A DNA stretch of 64,000 bases. Origin: Dudresnaya verticillata (taxonomy: Eukaryota). Position 1 is the first letter of the stretch. Each line of letters starts with the position of its first letter. The stretch lies in contig OZ374559.1 of the NCBI GenBank assembly GCA_977862235.1, positions 2,480,001 to 2,544,000 of the forward strand, given 5' to 3'. Under the pieces are notes generated by a model. That model made no database searches and was not told where the DNA came from. It saw only the letters and a list, made by a program, of their open reading frames with translations. A program made the position numbers and the translations under genes. Below, in pieces: positions 35,183 through 46,033 of the stretch.

Positions 35183-37170
35183 TGGCTCCCACAGGACCAT
35201 CACGCCCGGAAACCTGGTCACAGGCGCGATTGGCATCCACCTAACGTCAGGCCAACGAGTGGGCCGGGATTGGGGCATCCTGTTTCGTGATTCGGATGTT
35301 AACATTTGGGATTTGGGACCCTCCCCAGCGACACTTCAAGGCTGGTGCTATCCTACCTGCGGTGCCACAGTCAAAGGTGGATATGCGTTTTGCCAAGTCG
35401 GATCTGGAGGAAGGATGCAAAGTTGGTACATACCAACGCGTGTCCGAAGCGTACGCGAAGAAGAAGGTGCAGCAAGGCTGTTACGTGTCCTCCGCATTTG
35501 TGGAATGGAGTTCCGGAAAAGGTCGATTCGTTATCAACCTAAAACGCCAGTCATCGGATTGGGACAAGAAGTCTGTTATGATGGAATCGCTCAGCTCCTT
35601 TGCTTCCTGCCTTGTTCAAGGGGACCACATACTGTCGTTCGACTGGAAGAGTGGATATCGACATTTCCGACTCCACTCACGCATGTGGGATTGGTTCTTG
35701 TTTCACTACGACGGCTGTTACTACCGCTGCATTGCATTACCTTTCGGTTGGACGAGGTCACCCTACTGGTTTTGCCATCTCCTAAGTCCGCTGACTCGTT
35801 ATATGCGCTCTGCATTGTATTTCCGCGTCCTCCAATGGATAGACGATTACCTCCTCGTTCCCGGAAACGGTTCTTCACCCAGCACCTCAAAGGACTGCGA
35901 GGATCTCTCGTCAGCTCTGGACGTCCTGTTCAACCGACTGGGATTATTAAGACACCCATCAAAATGCGTCTGGGGATCCCGCGCCACTACCCTATCACAT
36001 CTCGGAGTTACAATAGATACAGTAGCATTTCGCTACTTTGTAACCCAGGAGAAGCTAGGGAAACTGCAAGATCATGCGGCGTCCTTGCTCAAGACTGCAG
36101 CCAAAGGTTCTCGGTGGGTACGGGAGCGGTCTATAGCAGAATTTACGGGACGCGCTATATCCCAGCTGCTCCCCTTCCCTCTTGCACGTTTCTTCACGAG
36201 GAGTTTGTACGACGATATGAAGAACTCCAAACCGCGGAGAGGAAGGTACCCGGAGCATTGTGTGCGCCTTTCAAATGCGGGCCTTCGAGATCTCAAGGCT
36301 TGGCGACATATGCTACAGGGGGGATGGCAGATTGATAGGTGGCGGCAATCCACATTGGAACCTGCACACGGACGCTGCAGATGTAGGTTTTGGAGGAACG
36401 CTGGGGCGGAATATGGCTGCTGGCTCTCCCGGAGACGTGGAAGTTCAAGGTATATGGTCTCCGTTCTTGCGTCTCAAATCCATTACTCACCGCGAGCTTT
36501 TAGCCGTCCGACTCTCATTGCAGTCCGATCTAGTCCACGCTCGAGTCTCTGGTACCCACGAGAGGCTGATTCTACATGTGGACAACATGAGCGTATTTTA
36601 TATTCTCAACAACATGGTATCCAGTACCCCGGGGCTAATGGACGAGCTACGCGCCCTTCACCAAGTCTTAGTGGAGATGAAAGTCACCCTACGCGCCGTA
36701 TGGCTTCCTTCCGCGGTCAACAAGCATGCGGATCGCCTCAGCCGTACCTGGAACCCGAAGGACCTGAAAGCGACTCCTTCACTGATGCAATCGTTGCAGG
36801 AATCCTTGCAGCTTCAGCGGGTGCGGCGTTATTGGCCTCTAGGGGACGCCCCGGCGGCTCGATCCAAGGTAATCAAGGCGCAACTGGGAGAGTTCTGTGG
36901 AGACGGCCAGAGCAGACTCTGGAACCCTCCCCCCAGTGGATAGCAACCACACTCCTAAAGATCGAGAAAGAGCGAGCTCACGGCGTGGTGGTGGTTCCGC
37001 ACTGGATGGGAGCCAGCTTGTACAATTTGTTGCGTCGCGTCTGCCTATCGTCACGTGTGGTCCCATCGACAGAGGGCCCTCTCTTCGACTCCGTATCCGT
37101 GAATCCGGCTTGGGCACTCGAGCTGGCCGAAGTTGGACCCCGGCACAAGCAGCAGTCCAAGCTGCCATAG
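35179..37170 (+). pseudogene. pol: DIRS pol: reverse transcriptase, RNase H, N6-adenine methyltransferase-like domain (interrupted)
   Basis: FDWKSGY, LPFGWTRSPYWF, WIDD; LHTDAA, RELLAV, VDN, ADRLSR; WNPP..WI...LLKI.....GVVVVPHW. In-frame TAA at 35242; +1 in G6 (36318-36323) and -1 in C6 (36929-36934). Confidence 0.88.
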
Positions 37171-38183
37171 AGACTCAGCTCCCTAGAACTTCGGCTGGGC
37201 GCGCAAGCCGAAGACTAGCTTCATCTGCACTCGCTTCCACGACTGGGGCTTCGAAGTCAAGCCAGCGGAAGACGTTCGCCGCGTTCTGTGCGCAGGAAGA
37301 CCTCATGGCACTGCCCGCGGCCCAAGGTTCTGTCCTGGAATATGGCGGATTCCTTTTCGAAGAAGGGAGATTGCATTCCCGATCCATCGACCATTACGTC
37401 TCGGCTATACGGACAAGGCATCAACCCGACGGCTTTCCAGATCCTTGCCAGGGAACAGCACTGAGCGACCTCGTTCGGGCTTTTAATCGGGAGGACGACG
37501 GACGGGGATCACTACAAGATGTTCGTGTGGCCCTCCCCGGGTCTACCATATGGCGTATTAGATGCTTCGGCTTGACACAGAAGGCGGGTTCCGTTCTGCA
37601 CCGCGATTCGGCTCTTATCGAGTTTCAGTACCTCATGATGTGGCGTGAATCGTCTGAACGGTCTATTGAAAAGCAGGATGTATCGGTTACGCATTATACC
37701 TCGGGAACTACAGCCTACATTTCGATATCCGCACGCCCACGCTCCTTCAAAGGCCGCCCGGTCCGCGGCATTGAGGCTCACGCACTGGTTTGTGCCGGAT
37801 CAGGAGAAGATAACGCGTTGGCACTGCAGGATTCTTTCTTTAAGCACCAGACATTCTCCTCTCCATCGAGTTTGTATTGGTTACTGGATGGCATGACAAT
37901 GTCCCCACAATGTGTGACCCGAGCTTTGCAAAACATCCTAGAGCGTTTATCGGTGGTGCCTCCGGTGTTTGGGTTTTATGCCTCACACAGTTTGCGAAGC
38001 GGTGCTGCGACGGCTTTAGTCCTACTAGTTGTTCCGCTCCCGGTGATTGTTCAACGTGGGGGTTGGCGCACATCCAGAATGGTCATCAATGTTTACTTCG
38101 ACGGTCGACTCCGTCAAGACTCGGAAATGGAGCGCTACTTCTGGTCGCTCTTGCCAAGCGCATCGCTCCCGTCCCTGCAATAG
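36897..38183 (+). CDS. Tyrosine recombinase of the DIRS element
   Basis: Candidate catalytic set: R (MWRES), K (SFKG), HSLR, W (GGW), Y (NVYF). Confidence 0.9.
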   Translation: METARADSGTLPPVDSNHTPKDRERASSRRGGGSALDGSQLVQFVASRLPIVTCGPIDRGPSLRLRIRESGLGTRAGRSWTPAQAAVQAAIETQLPRTSAGRASRRLASSALASTTGASKSSQRKTFAAFCAQEDLMALPAAQGSVLEYGGFLFEEGRLHSRSIDHYVSAIRTRHQPDGFPDPCQGTALSDLVRAFNREDDGRGSLQDVRVALPGSTIWRIRCFGLTQKAGSVLHRDSALIEFQYLMMWRESSERSIEKQDVSVTHYTSGTTAYISISARPRSFKGRPVRGIEAHALVCAGSGEDNALALQDSFFKHQTFSSPSSLYWLLDGMTMSPQCVTRALQNILERLSVVPPVFGFYASHSLRSGAATALVLLVVPLPVIVQRGGWRTSRMVINVYFDGRLRQDSEMERYFWSLLPSASLPSLQ

Positions 38184-38250
38184 ACTACGACGTGTAGCTC
38201 GCCATGTTCTAGTCCCTGCCGCTCTACATCGTCTCCGAAATCGGTTTTTC

Positions 38251-38560
38251 ATGTTGTGTCAAAGATGCCGCTTTACATGTATGAAAAGACTGACCAAGAA
38301 CAGCGAACTTCGCTGAGCGTCCCGAAGGGGTATCTAGGGTACTGTATATGGTCCACCGAATAGTTGTCACCAGGATTGACGCCGACTCAAGATGGTTCGC
38401 AAATGCAGGACGCTAATTTGGGTACAGTGCCGAAAATGGTGTCAACAACAGTGACTCCCAATACGACTCCCGGGCGATACTCCGCAATGCCTTGTACGCT
38501 ACTCTCGGGGACATCTAGGCTGTACTTAAGGGAGCCGGAAACTCTTCGTAGAGAGTTCCG
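38251..38560 (+). repeat. DIRS direct repeat A2, followed by a unique 180-bp terminal segment (38561-38740)
   Basis: Matches 34221-34530. Confidence 0.92.
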
Positions 38561-39869
38561 CAAGTTCATCCTTTTCCCACCCTCCCTCCCTAAGGATTTG
38601 ACACTCACAAGTTCATCCTTTTCCTCCTCCTTCCTATACCTTGACAAGAGCGCCTAGAAGTGCTTCTATCCTCTTATCTTAGTTGTCATCGGTTTGTCAA
38701 ATGGAATTCTATTTACAAGTAAAGGCTTCCATTTCTTTTCATGCTACTCCTCATGACTCAAGGTCTCCCGGGTCTGTGTATCATGAGCTTTTTCTTCTAT
38801 TAATGCCGTGGTTTTGGCCTCTTTGACCCCGTCATCCAACTCTAGTGATGATCTTCGCTGTCGTCTTAGTCTGCAATCTACCTGCACGGCCAGTTCTGCG
38901 CGCGCATTTTCCGCTGTACCTTCCTCCTTCCATGGTACTCGGGTCGAACCTGAAGTTTGGATATCGATGATCCAGCTACGACTTGGACTTCCCATCTTCA
39001 GTGGAAATGAGCCATGCCCCCGTTGTGTTGATGGTACCGCTTCTGTTCCCCCTCTTCTTGATGTTTATGGGCATCATGCTACGGTCTGCTTTTCTCGTGA
39101 GGGCACGATTCGCCGTCATGATCATCTTCGGGATACCTTAAGCGTCTTATTTCAGACTATCACCCGCCCCCATGGCGTGCGCGTTGAAGTTGAACATCGT
39201 TTCACTTATTGGGATGAGCATGGGTCCCGTAGCTCTGTCCCCAACGCTGCCCGAACACGTGCTGAACGCATACGTGACGAGCGTCATGCTGCTTCTGGTG
39301 GTCCCCCACAGCCTGTTGATCCACGTGACCAACTGCGTATGGATATTTTCGTTGATGATCGTGGCTTTGCCCCTCACCCCCATGGATTTGATGTCTCGGT
39401 CGTCAGTCCCCATTCTATTCATGTTTCCACTGGTCGCGTTGCTGGCCAAGCCATCGCAGCTCTCGAACGTGTCAAACGCTCTCATTACCGCCGCGTATGC
39501 GCTAGTTTGGATATGGTTCTCCATCCTATGGTTGTAGATGTCTATGACCGGGTTGGATCTGGCTTGGAAGTTGGCGCCCAACGTATTGCTATTTTCATTG
39601 CCAGCAAGCGCGGGACCGCTCCATCTACGGAGAAATTTCGCCTCACTACTCGTTTACTCTCTTCAGTTCTCCAATGCGTCGCGGTGAGTGTCAACCGCCG
39701 CAAGCTTGTTCCTCCGCCTCTTTATAGTAGCCCTGAATCCTAAGCCCCCCTAAGAGGCCTCTCTCTTGTTCTTTAATAAAGGTCTCCTCTCTCGTTACGA
39801 GAACGCGGTTTGTGTCCGTTGTCCATGCGTATTCTACACAAAACCTTTTTAACTTTTTCTGTTACTATA

Positions 39870-40290
39870 TCTCAACGTGATGCTCCAACTGTGCTCGGCT
39901 CGCCTATCGGCCACTCTGCCGGTTGGCAAACCCAGTTTGATCGGAGACGGGACAGGGAAACTCGTCTATTGGAGGCGCTTCCAACTCTAAATGACCCACA
40001 AATGGCCTACCATTTGTTGCGCTATTGCTCCAGTGCTTGCAAGCTGATCTATACGCTCCGAACTGCCCCGCCGCATCTAACTTTTCCTGAGGCCGATCTA
40101 TTCGACCAAGGGAAGCGAAGGGCATTCGAACGTATTCATCACTCGCTTCCCGTCGAATCCTGGACTTGTGCGACACTCCCGCTTGAATATGGGAGGCTTG
40201 GACTCACCTCTACTACCACGCTCGTCGAGCTTTCCTACATCAGTTCTATAATGGTTGTTTGGGATTTGTTCACTACTTCGGTCGTGTCGC
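39870..40290 (+). mobile_element. Fragment of a second CRE-like LINE family
   Basis: VLGSPIG...DPQMAYHLLRYC...YTLRTAPPHLT...LPLEYGRLGL is paralogous to the 5353-6291 ORF. Confidence 0.75.
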
Positions 40291-40861
40291 GCCTGGTTTT
40301 TCCATGTTCTCTCGCCCCGACTCACAGCCGCGGAGTTTGGCTCGAACCTGTAATGCCATGTGTACTCGCTTTGGATTATCTAGCGATTATCACTTTTCAA
40401 CTTTCCTCTCTCGCACCCGAAAGTGATGGTAAACTTTTACTGGTTGTTTAAGGTGGTCTCACGCGGGCGACTAAGGCCCATTAGCGAGCGCACCTACACT
40501 AAGTGCCAGGGTGGACATGGGGGAAGGGCGGCTTGAAGGGAGGGCTAGGGGAGGGCGGGACGAGTGGTTCACATGAGGACCGAGGGGAGTGGATACTCTG
40601 CAGCGCAGGGTTCCCGAATGGAAGCGATGGTAGTAGTGACGGCAGCGAGGTCGCGTGGTGTGGGGTCCCGCAGCGCCAGCTTGTTGAGTCCCTGGGAGTG
40701 GGTGCGGAGGAGCAGGCGTTTGGCGGTGTCGCGTGGCGGGATAGGGAAAGTGATGATTCATGTTTATTGTTGTTTTAGGTGGTCCCGCGCAGGCAACAAA
40801 GGCCCATTTGCAGGCGCACCGTCCCTAGGGGCCAAGGTATCAATGAAGGGCGGGCAGGTGG

Positions 40862-42270
40862 TTACGGGGGTGACAAAGAGAACGGGGGAGGGTGGTCCAC
40901 TGAGCATAGGTCACGGATCGCAGCAATCGATAATAAGACTGAGCGGATGTCCGGGGGCTGGAGGGCGTCGTGCGAGAGCTTAGTGAGCTCTAGGGCATGG
41001 GCGCGTAGCGCCGTACGAGAGGAGGGGCAACGGGGTGGGATTGGGAAGGTGCATAAGTGCCATCTGATAGCAAGCAGGCGGTCACGGTGGTCAGGGAGTA
41101 GCAGCGCCGGGGCAAAGAGTGATGTGGTGGGGACTGGGGCTTTGCACGGACCGGGAAATGCAGAGCGCCATTGGGCAACGCAGTCAGCATGCAGGGTGGA
41201 TGGGATCGTCGGGTTCTGGATCGCGTTGCCCATCATCGGGTTTCGGAGCTTCGGGAGAGCGAGTAAAGTTTGCCGAGCGTGCCATGATGCCGGGAGGTGC
41301 GTGCAGCGCGCAGTGCGGCGGAGGGAAGACACGAACTTGCTTTGTAGAATACGCTGGCGCAGAAGCGGCGGGAAGATGCGGAACAGAGCTCGAAGCTTCC
41401 AGCTGGGCATGCGGGGCGTGCATTGCGATATGAACAAGCGGAAGAACTCGGTTTCGAGGTTGTCGATGGCCCGCGTGACAGTAGGAGTATAGTTGATGAG
41501 GGCACATCCATGCTCGTAGACGGGTCGCACGAAGGTCTGGTATAAAAAGTTAACTGCCGTTGCTGGCATCTTGGCAGGCACAAATGCCATGCTTGACAGT
41601 GCTCAAAGAACATTCTTGGCAGACGCTATCCGTTGCAGGACAGTACGGTCACCGGGGCCAGCAGGGGAAATGTCTATGCCAAGATAGCAGGCCGTCGCAG
41701 GGTTGGAGAGGGTCTAGCCCACAAGTTGGAACTTGGTCGAGTTGGGACGACCTCGGTGTCGAGTCGGAAGGATAATAGCTGGTGGCAGACCAGGTCATAC
41801 CCGAGTCCTTGTCCCACTCGTCGCAAATGCGAAGCGCCTGTCGTATCGTGTGGGGTGACTCGACGTGTAGCAAGCAATCGTCGGCAAACAACCGTCCCGG
41901 CGGGTTGTGATCAGCGCGTCCAAGTTTCTCGCAGAGTAGGTAGGCAAGCGGGTCTATGAAGAGGTTGAAAAGGATCGGGCTGAGGGGAGAGCCTTGCACC
42001 ACGCCCCGCCGGATGTCCGCAGTCGTGTTTGTTGCGTCCGCTGCTGTACGAACGGAGAGTGTGCCACGCGTTGTGGCAATCATAGCGACCAAATGAGGGG
42101 GTAGGCGGTCAGCACACAACTGGAGGAGCTTGTGCCGGTAAACCATGTCGTAGGCTCGCTTGAGATCCAGGACAGCTTTGTAATCGTCGCCGGACGCATT
42201 CGAAGCGAGAGTGAGGGCTACGGCCATGTCGATACGGCGCTTGCGCTGGAAACCAAACTGCATACGGTGT
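40862..42270 (-). mobile_element. Non-LTR retrotransposon RT and C-terminal region, 5'-truncated and frameshifted
   Basis: LDLKRAYD, GVVQGSPLSPILFNLFID, LFADD; downstream YQTFVRPVYEHG. Confidence 0.85.
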
Positions 42271-42736
42271 GGGGAAAATGCAGAGGTGCCAACGAACTGC
42301 CAGTAGTCGATCGCGGCGGTCGGGAAATTGAAGAGCTGGGCGAAGCAGGGCAGGTCGCAGACAGGGTCCGGACGGAGTCCTGAAAATTCTGCACGCTAGA
42401 CGGTAGTAAGCTCTGCGGCAATGGTTGTACGAGTAGACCAGTGCTGTAGTAGCTGGGGTAGAGAGGGGCAGGGCATAAAGGGTAGTGTGAGCAGCGTACG
42501 GCGCGCGTGCCATGATGGCGGGGGCGCCGGTCGGCAGGCAGTGCGTCTTAGTGAAACAATAAGGGACCTTTGGAGAGCTTTCTGTCGCAGGAACGGGGGT
42601 TCAATTCTGAAGAGCGCACGAAGCGTCTGGAAACGCAAGCGAGGCATTCGCTTCGACTTCTGGGAGAGAAAGAAACGGAAGAACGGTGCATCTATCGAGT
42701 CAATCGCATTATCGAGAGAGGCAGAGTAGGCGAAAG
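42271..42736 (-). mobile_element. Tandem fragment of a related non-LTR element (C-terminal region only)
   Basis: LRALFRIEPPFLRQ...SWHARRTLLTLP and DRRDRLLAVRWHLC parallel the 40862-41590 ORF. Confidence 0.7.
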
Positions 42737-43070
42737 TGAGATTACGTCCCCCACTTGCAAAAATAACTCTCCGCGAAGGTTTACTCTCGTTCTGTGGATA
42801 GTTACTGGCCCTCCTTCCGTTGGACTGGCATAGAAGATCGTGTCAAAAGGGCCAGACTTCTCTCGTGTGGTAGTTTGGAATCTCGAATGGCCTTTACTGC
42901 ATTCCCGGATCCACGCCGAGGCACCTCTGTGTCACCTGCTATATGGGCTACAATGATCGACTTTCGTTTGGGGCGCACCTGTATTTGCGCCAGATCTCCC
43001 TTGTTCTGCTTGTCTCTCTGTTTCTGGTCGCGTAGTTTCCCTTGACAGTTTGGGGTATCATGCTTTGACA
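42737..43070 (-). repeat. LTR-like segment abutting the copia LTR
   Basis: Minus strand starts TGTCAAAGCA (same 10 nt as the LTR at 43540) and ends ...CTCA where LINE coding resumes. Confidence 0.4.
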
Positions 43071-43540
43071 TGTCCTTGTGCCCATAGGTACAGTCGTGTT
43101 CACAATGCTATTAGGGATCTCCTTTTTTCTCGTCTCCGTTACCCGTTTATTGGGCTTTCTGTTTTAACAGTACACAAGGTTTTTTTACTCGCTATCTAAG
43201 GCGGAGGGGTTGGCTCTTCGCAACGGCCCCAGAGAGTCACCACGTGCCGAAGTTGGCAGCGAGCCATCTTTGAGAACATCAAATAAGCTCTTGCAGCTGG
43301 TACTTTACGTTTGTTCTCTCTGAATGTTCTGACCCCGAGAGTAGAGACCTTCTCCAAGTTCACGCTTCTACTGTAGTATCTATTTATAACCACGAACCTT
43401 CCGGCCGCGCTTGTTCAACCTATCAAGCGCGGTGTTCACGACCTTTCGAGGCCTCGCTCCTCACCACACTTGCCACGTGTAGTTCAATATTCACATTCCT
43501 GTGCCTGCCATGCGGTGTGATTGCTGTGCCTGCTTTGACA
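43071..43540 (-). repeat. 3' LTR of the copia element
   Basis: PPT CGGGGGAG (43541-43548) followed by TGTC...GACA; TATAAATA at ~43381; AATAAA at ~43146. Left boundary is less certain. Confidence 0.65.
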
Positions 43541-43571
43541 CTCCCCCGTCGTGAACTTGAGAAAGTTGTGG

Positions 43572-45106
43572 TCACTGCGGGGGAGAATTGCGGATTACCA
43601 ACTGTTCAACCTCATGCTCCACCACGCCGTTCGCCATGATTCCGTCCAAGACCGGGTTGTCCTTGACTTTCATGAGGGCGTCCGCGGGGTTCTGGTCTGC
43701 CCGCACCCATCCGAAATCACTGATTTCCATCCTTTCGTACGCCTCGCGAAGTGCCTGCACGTCGATCATTAACCGTTTTTCTGTCGAAGTGGTATTAGCA
43801 CCACTTAAAGAATTCTTTGTGATTACATCGAAGAGACACTTGGAGTCGGTGAACATTAGCATAGCTAGCTTGCTGTCGAGCATGCGTTCCAGATCGAACT
43901 TCAATGTAAAGGCAAAGTCAAATCCGTCAGCGAATGCATACGTTTCCCCGCCCATGACGGACCGCACAGTGCAACGGCTTTTGTGGCTGTTGTAATGGAG
44001 CACGTTACACCGTTTCTGCCCGTCACAAAGAAGTACGAGATAGCCGAGCTGGGTTGTGAGGTCCTCGTTGTTTGCGAGGAGGCATCAGCGTAAGCACGGA
44101 GATGAAGGGTGGCCAGATCAAGTTTTTGCTGGCGCAGGCCCGTGCGCGGGGGAGCTCCGACGCGTCTAACGATCTTGTTAAAATATTTGACGTGTTGCGC
44201 GGTAAACACCGGTTCTGTAACTTGAGCGCAACGGTTTGTGGCGCAAGCTATATCGGGCCGTGTGTGGACTAGCCATTGTAGTTTCATGCGCGCTGAGCGG
44301 AAGTTGGAAAACGGGCAATCTAGGGGAAGTAGTGAGATGGAGGTCGCATAGCGCCTTTGATGTAAGAGGAAGCAGTTCTCGAGAGTCTTGATCTCTACGC
44401 CAGCGAAGACAAAGTGGTCAAATTCCCGTGGTCGTGACTCGAACTTCGCTTGAGTCTTGTCGGTCTCCTGTAGGACATCTTTGTCACCATAATTCAAGCA
44501 GTCGTCGAAATAGACGCCTGTCATGCCAGCGAGGTGGCCAGCGACACACTTAAAGAAAAAACTGATATCCAATGCGGTGTGTGTCATCATAAGGTCCTTC
44601 TTGAGGTGCTTGGCCATCGTAATGTCCCATTAGTCTCCTGAATCTGGTAGACCGTAAAGCGGCTTGAGTAAACGTAGAAGCTGCTCAGAAGAAAGCCGGA
44701 ATTCCTTCGCAGGGCGGACGCAGACCTCTCGCATTGGTCTGCTGATTGTAGATATGCCTGCGTGACATCTTGGGACCATTGTCGAAAACCAAAAATGGCA
44801 GCGAGCGCCGTCAGGGTTCGAACGGAAGATTGCCTGAAGTTCGTGCTTGTGTGAACTAGTAGGTTCTTTCTTGATCCGTATGGCCCTGCACGACGTAGCG
44901 TGCTTTAATATTTCGTCGCCTGTTCCTTTGTTCTTAATGGAAAGTACGAAGCGACCCTCGAGAATATTTGCGCCAGCAGGGACATCTTCTTTGGAAACGA
45001 CGTCGAACGTTCCCTTTTGCACCAGGCCATCACATTCTTTGAGTTTGGAAGCTTGGAAGGCGGGTGAGTTGCTGCGTGGATCGCGCAGCGGTAAGACTTC
45101 GGTCAA
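43572..45106 (-). pseudogene. pol: Copia RT-RNase H, frameshifted
   Basis: ORF pieces 44630-45106, 43901-44617 and 43572-44003. Confidence 0.88.
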
Positions 45107-45177
45107 GAAGATGGAAGGGGTATTGGGGAGCGTAACTGGGCAAAAGAGTTGTGTATGTGGCTGAGTATGCTGCTACC

Positions 45178-45965
45178 TGTGGCATAGCTGTAAGACCAGC
45201 TGTGCCACGCACGCGCAGCTGTAAGACCAGCTGCGCCACGTGTGCACTGCTGTGCGCACGCTGTCAGCCGGTGGCGCCGAAGCCCCGCTAAACTGTAAGG
45301 AAGTGCGCAGTGGCGCCCGCGTGTGCACGCGTACGCGTGTGACACTGAAACTCCCATGTAATTTCTACGTTTATTGTAGCGTACAGCACCGTCTAGTGTA
45401 AGCGGCGGTCGAACGCCCTGCTCTCCTGCGCGCTGCGCGCACGCACTCTGGCGCAGAGTCGTTGAGTACGGTGGACCGTTTCGCCCACGCGCGCCCCCGG
45501 GTTACCGTTACCCGTACGCGTCGACGCGTTTTGGGGCGCGCCGGCGCACCTCCCGCGTTGGTGCCGCCGCAGGCCCTGTAGTATATGTAGTATTCGCCCC
45601 TTTGGGCTTCAGTAAACCAGGCAAGCCAGCCCACGCCAGGCTTGCCCTTTCTGCTTTGGGTTTCTTTCCCAGTCCTTCGCCCTACGGCTTCCCTCTTTCC
45701 CTAGCCACCTAGGATTTCCTTTTCCTTTCCCTACCATCGGCTTCGTGCCGCCCCACGATGGGGACGCAGGGATCCGACCGCTGCCGCCCGCGTACGGTAC
45801 GCCCCGTGCGCGCTCAGGCTTCGACGCCGTTGATCCGCGACCGTCGACGGCGCACGCGGCCGACACCGCCGCTCTACCACCACAGCTACCACCCTTCGAC
45901 GGGTCTGGGTGCGACTGATCGACCAGCGCAGCTAGACGTCAGTTCGACCTGACGTCTATGCCACA
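45178..45965 (+). repeat. 5' LTR (788 bp)
   Basis: TGTGGCATAG...CTATGCCACA 10-bp terminal inverted repeat; matches 57666-58494. Confidence 0.95.
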
Positions 45966-45966
45966 C

Positions 45967-45979
45967 TGGTCTCCCGACC
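45967..45979 (+). promoter_or_regulatory. Primer-binding site, possibly tRNA-Tyr
   Basis: TGGTCTCCCGACC 1 nt after the LTR. The complement ends GGGAGACCA (G72-A73-CCA as in eukaryotic tRNA-Tyr); tRNA identity is inference. Confidence 0.65.
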
Positions 45980-46033
45980 TAGAAGTCGCAGAAGACCCTA
46001 TCACCTCTCGCTTCGACGCGATCGAGGCCAAGA

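Larger units (their letters stand above)
34221..38740 (+). mobile_element. Tyrosine-recombinase retrotransposon (DIRS order, PAT-like), 4520 bp
   Basis: gag-like ORF, RT, RNase H, MT-like and YR domains; 310-bp direct repeats. Removing it restores the LINE sequence TTCTTTCCATGCTACTCC seen intact (reverse complement) at ~5667-5684. Confidence 0.93.
33686..39793 (+). mobile_element. Chimeric CRE-like LINE (33686-34220 plus 38741-39793) split by a DIRS-like element
   Basis: Identical to the left LINE up to 34152, then clearly diverged. ORF 38808-39743 has CPRC/HATVC, RHD and RLE motifs. The 3' end is followed by GTTACGA, not by the CTCTAATCAA TSD. Confidence 0.88.

Noticed and set aside
34221..38740. 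Prophage or integron interpretation of the tyrosine recombinase
   Set aside because: It is linked to RT, RNase H and MT domains and terminal repeats typical of DIRS-order retrotransposons.
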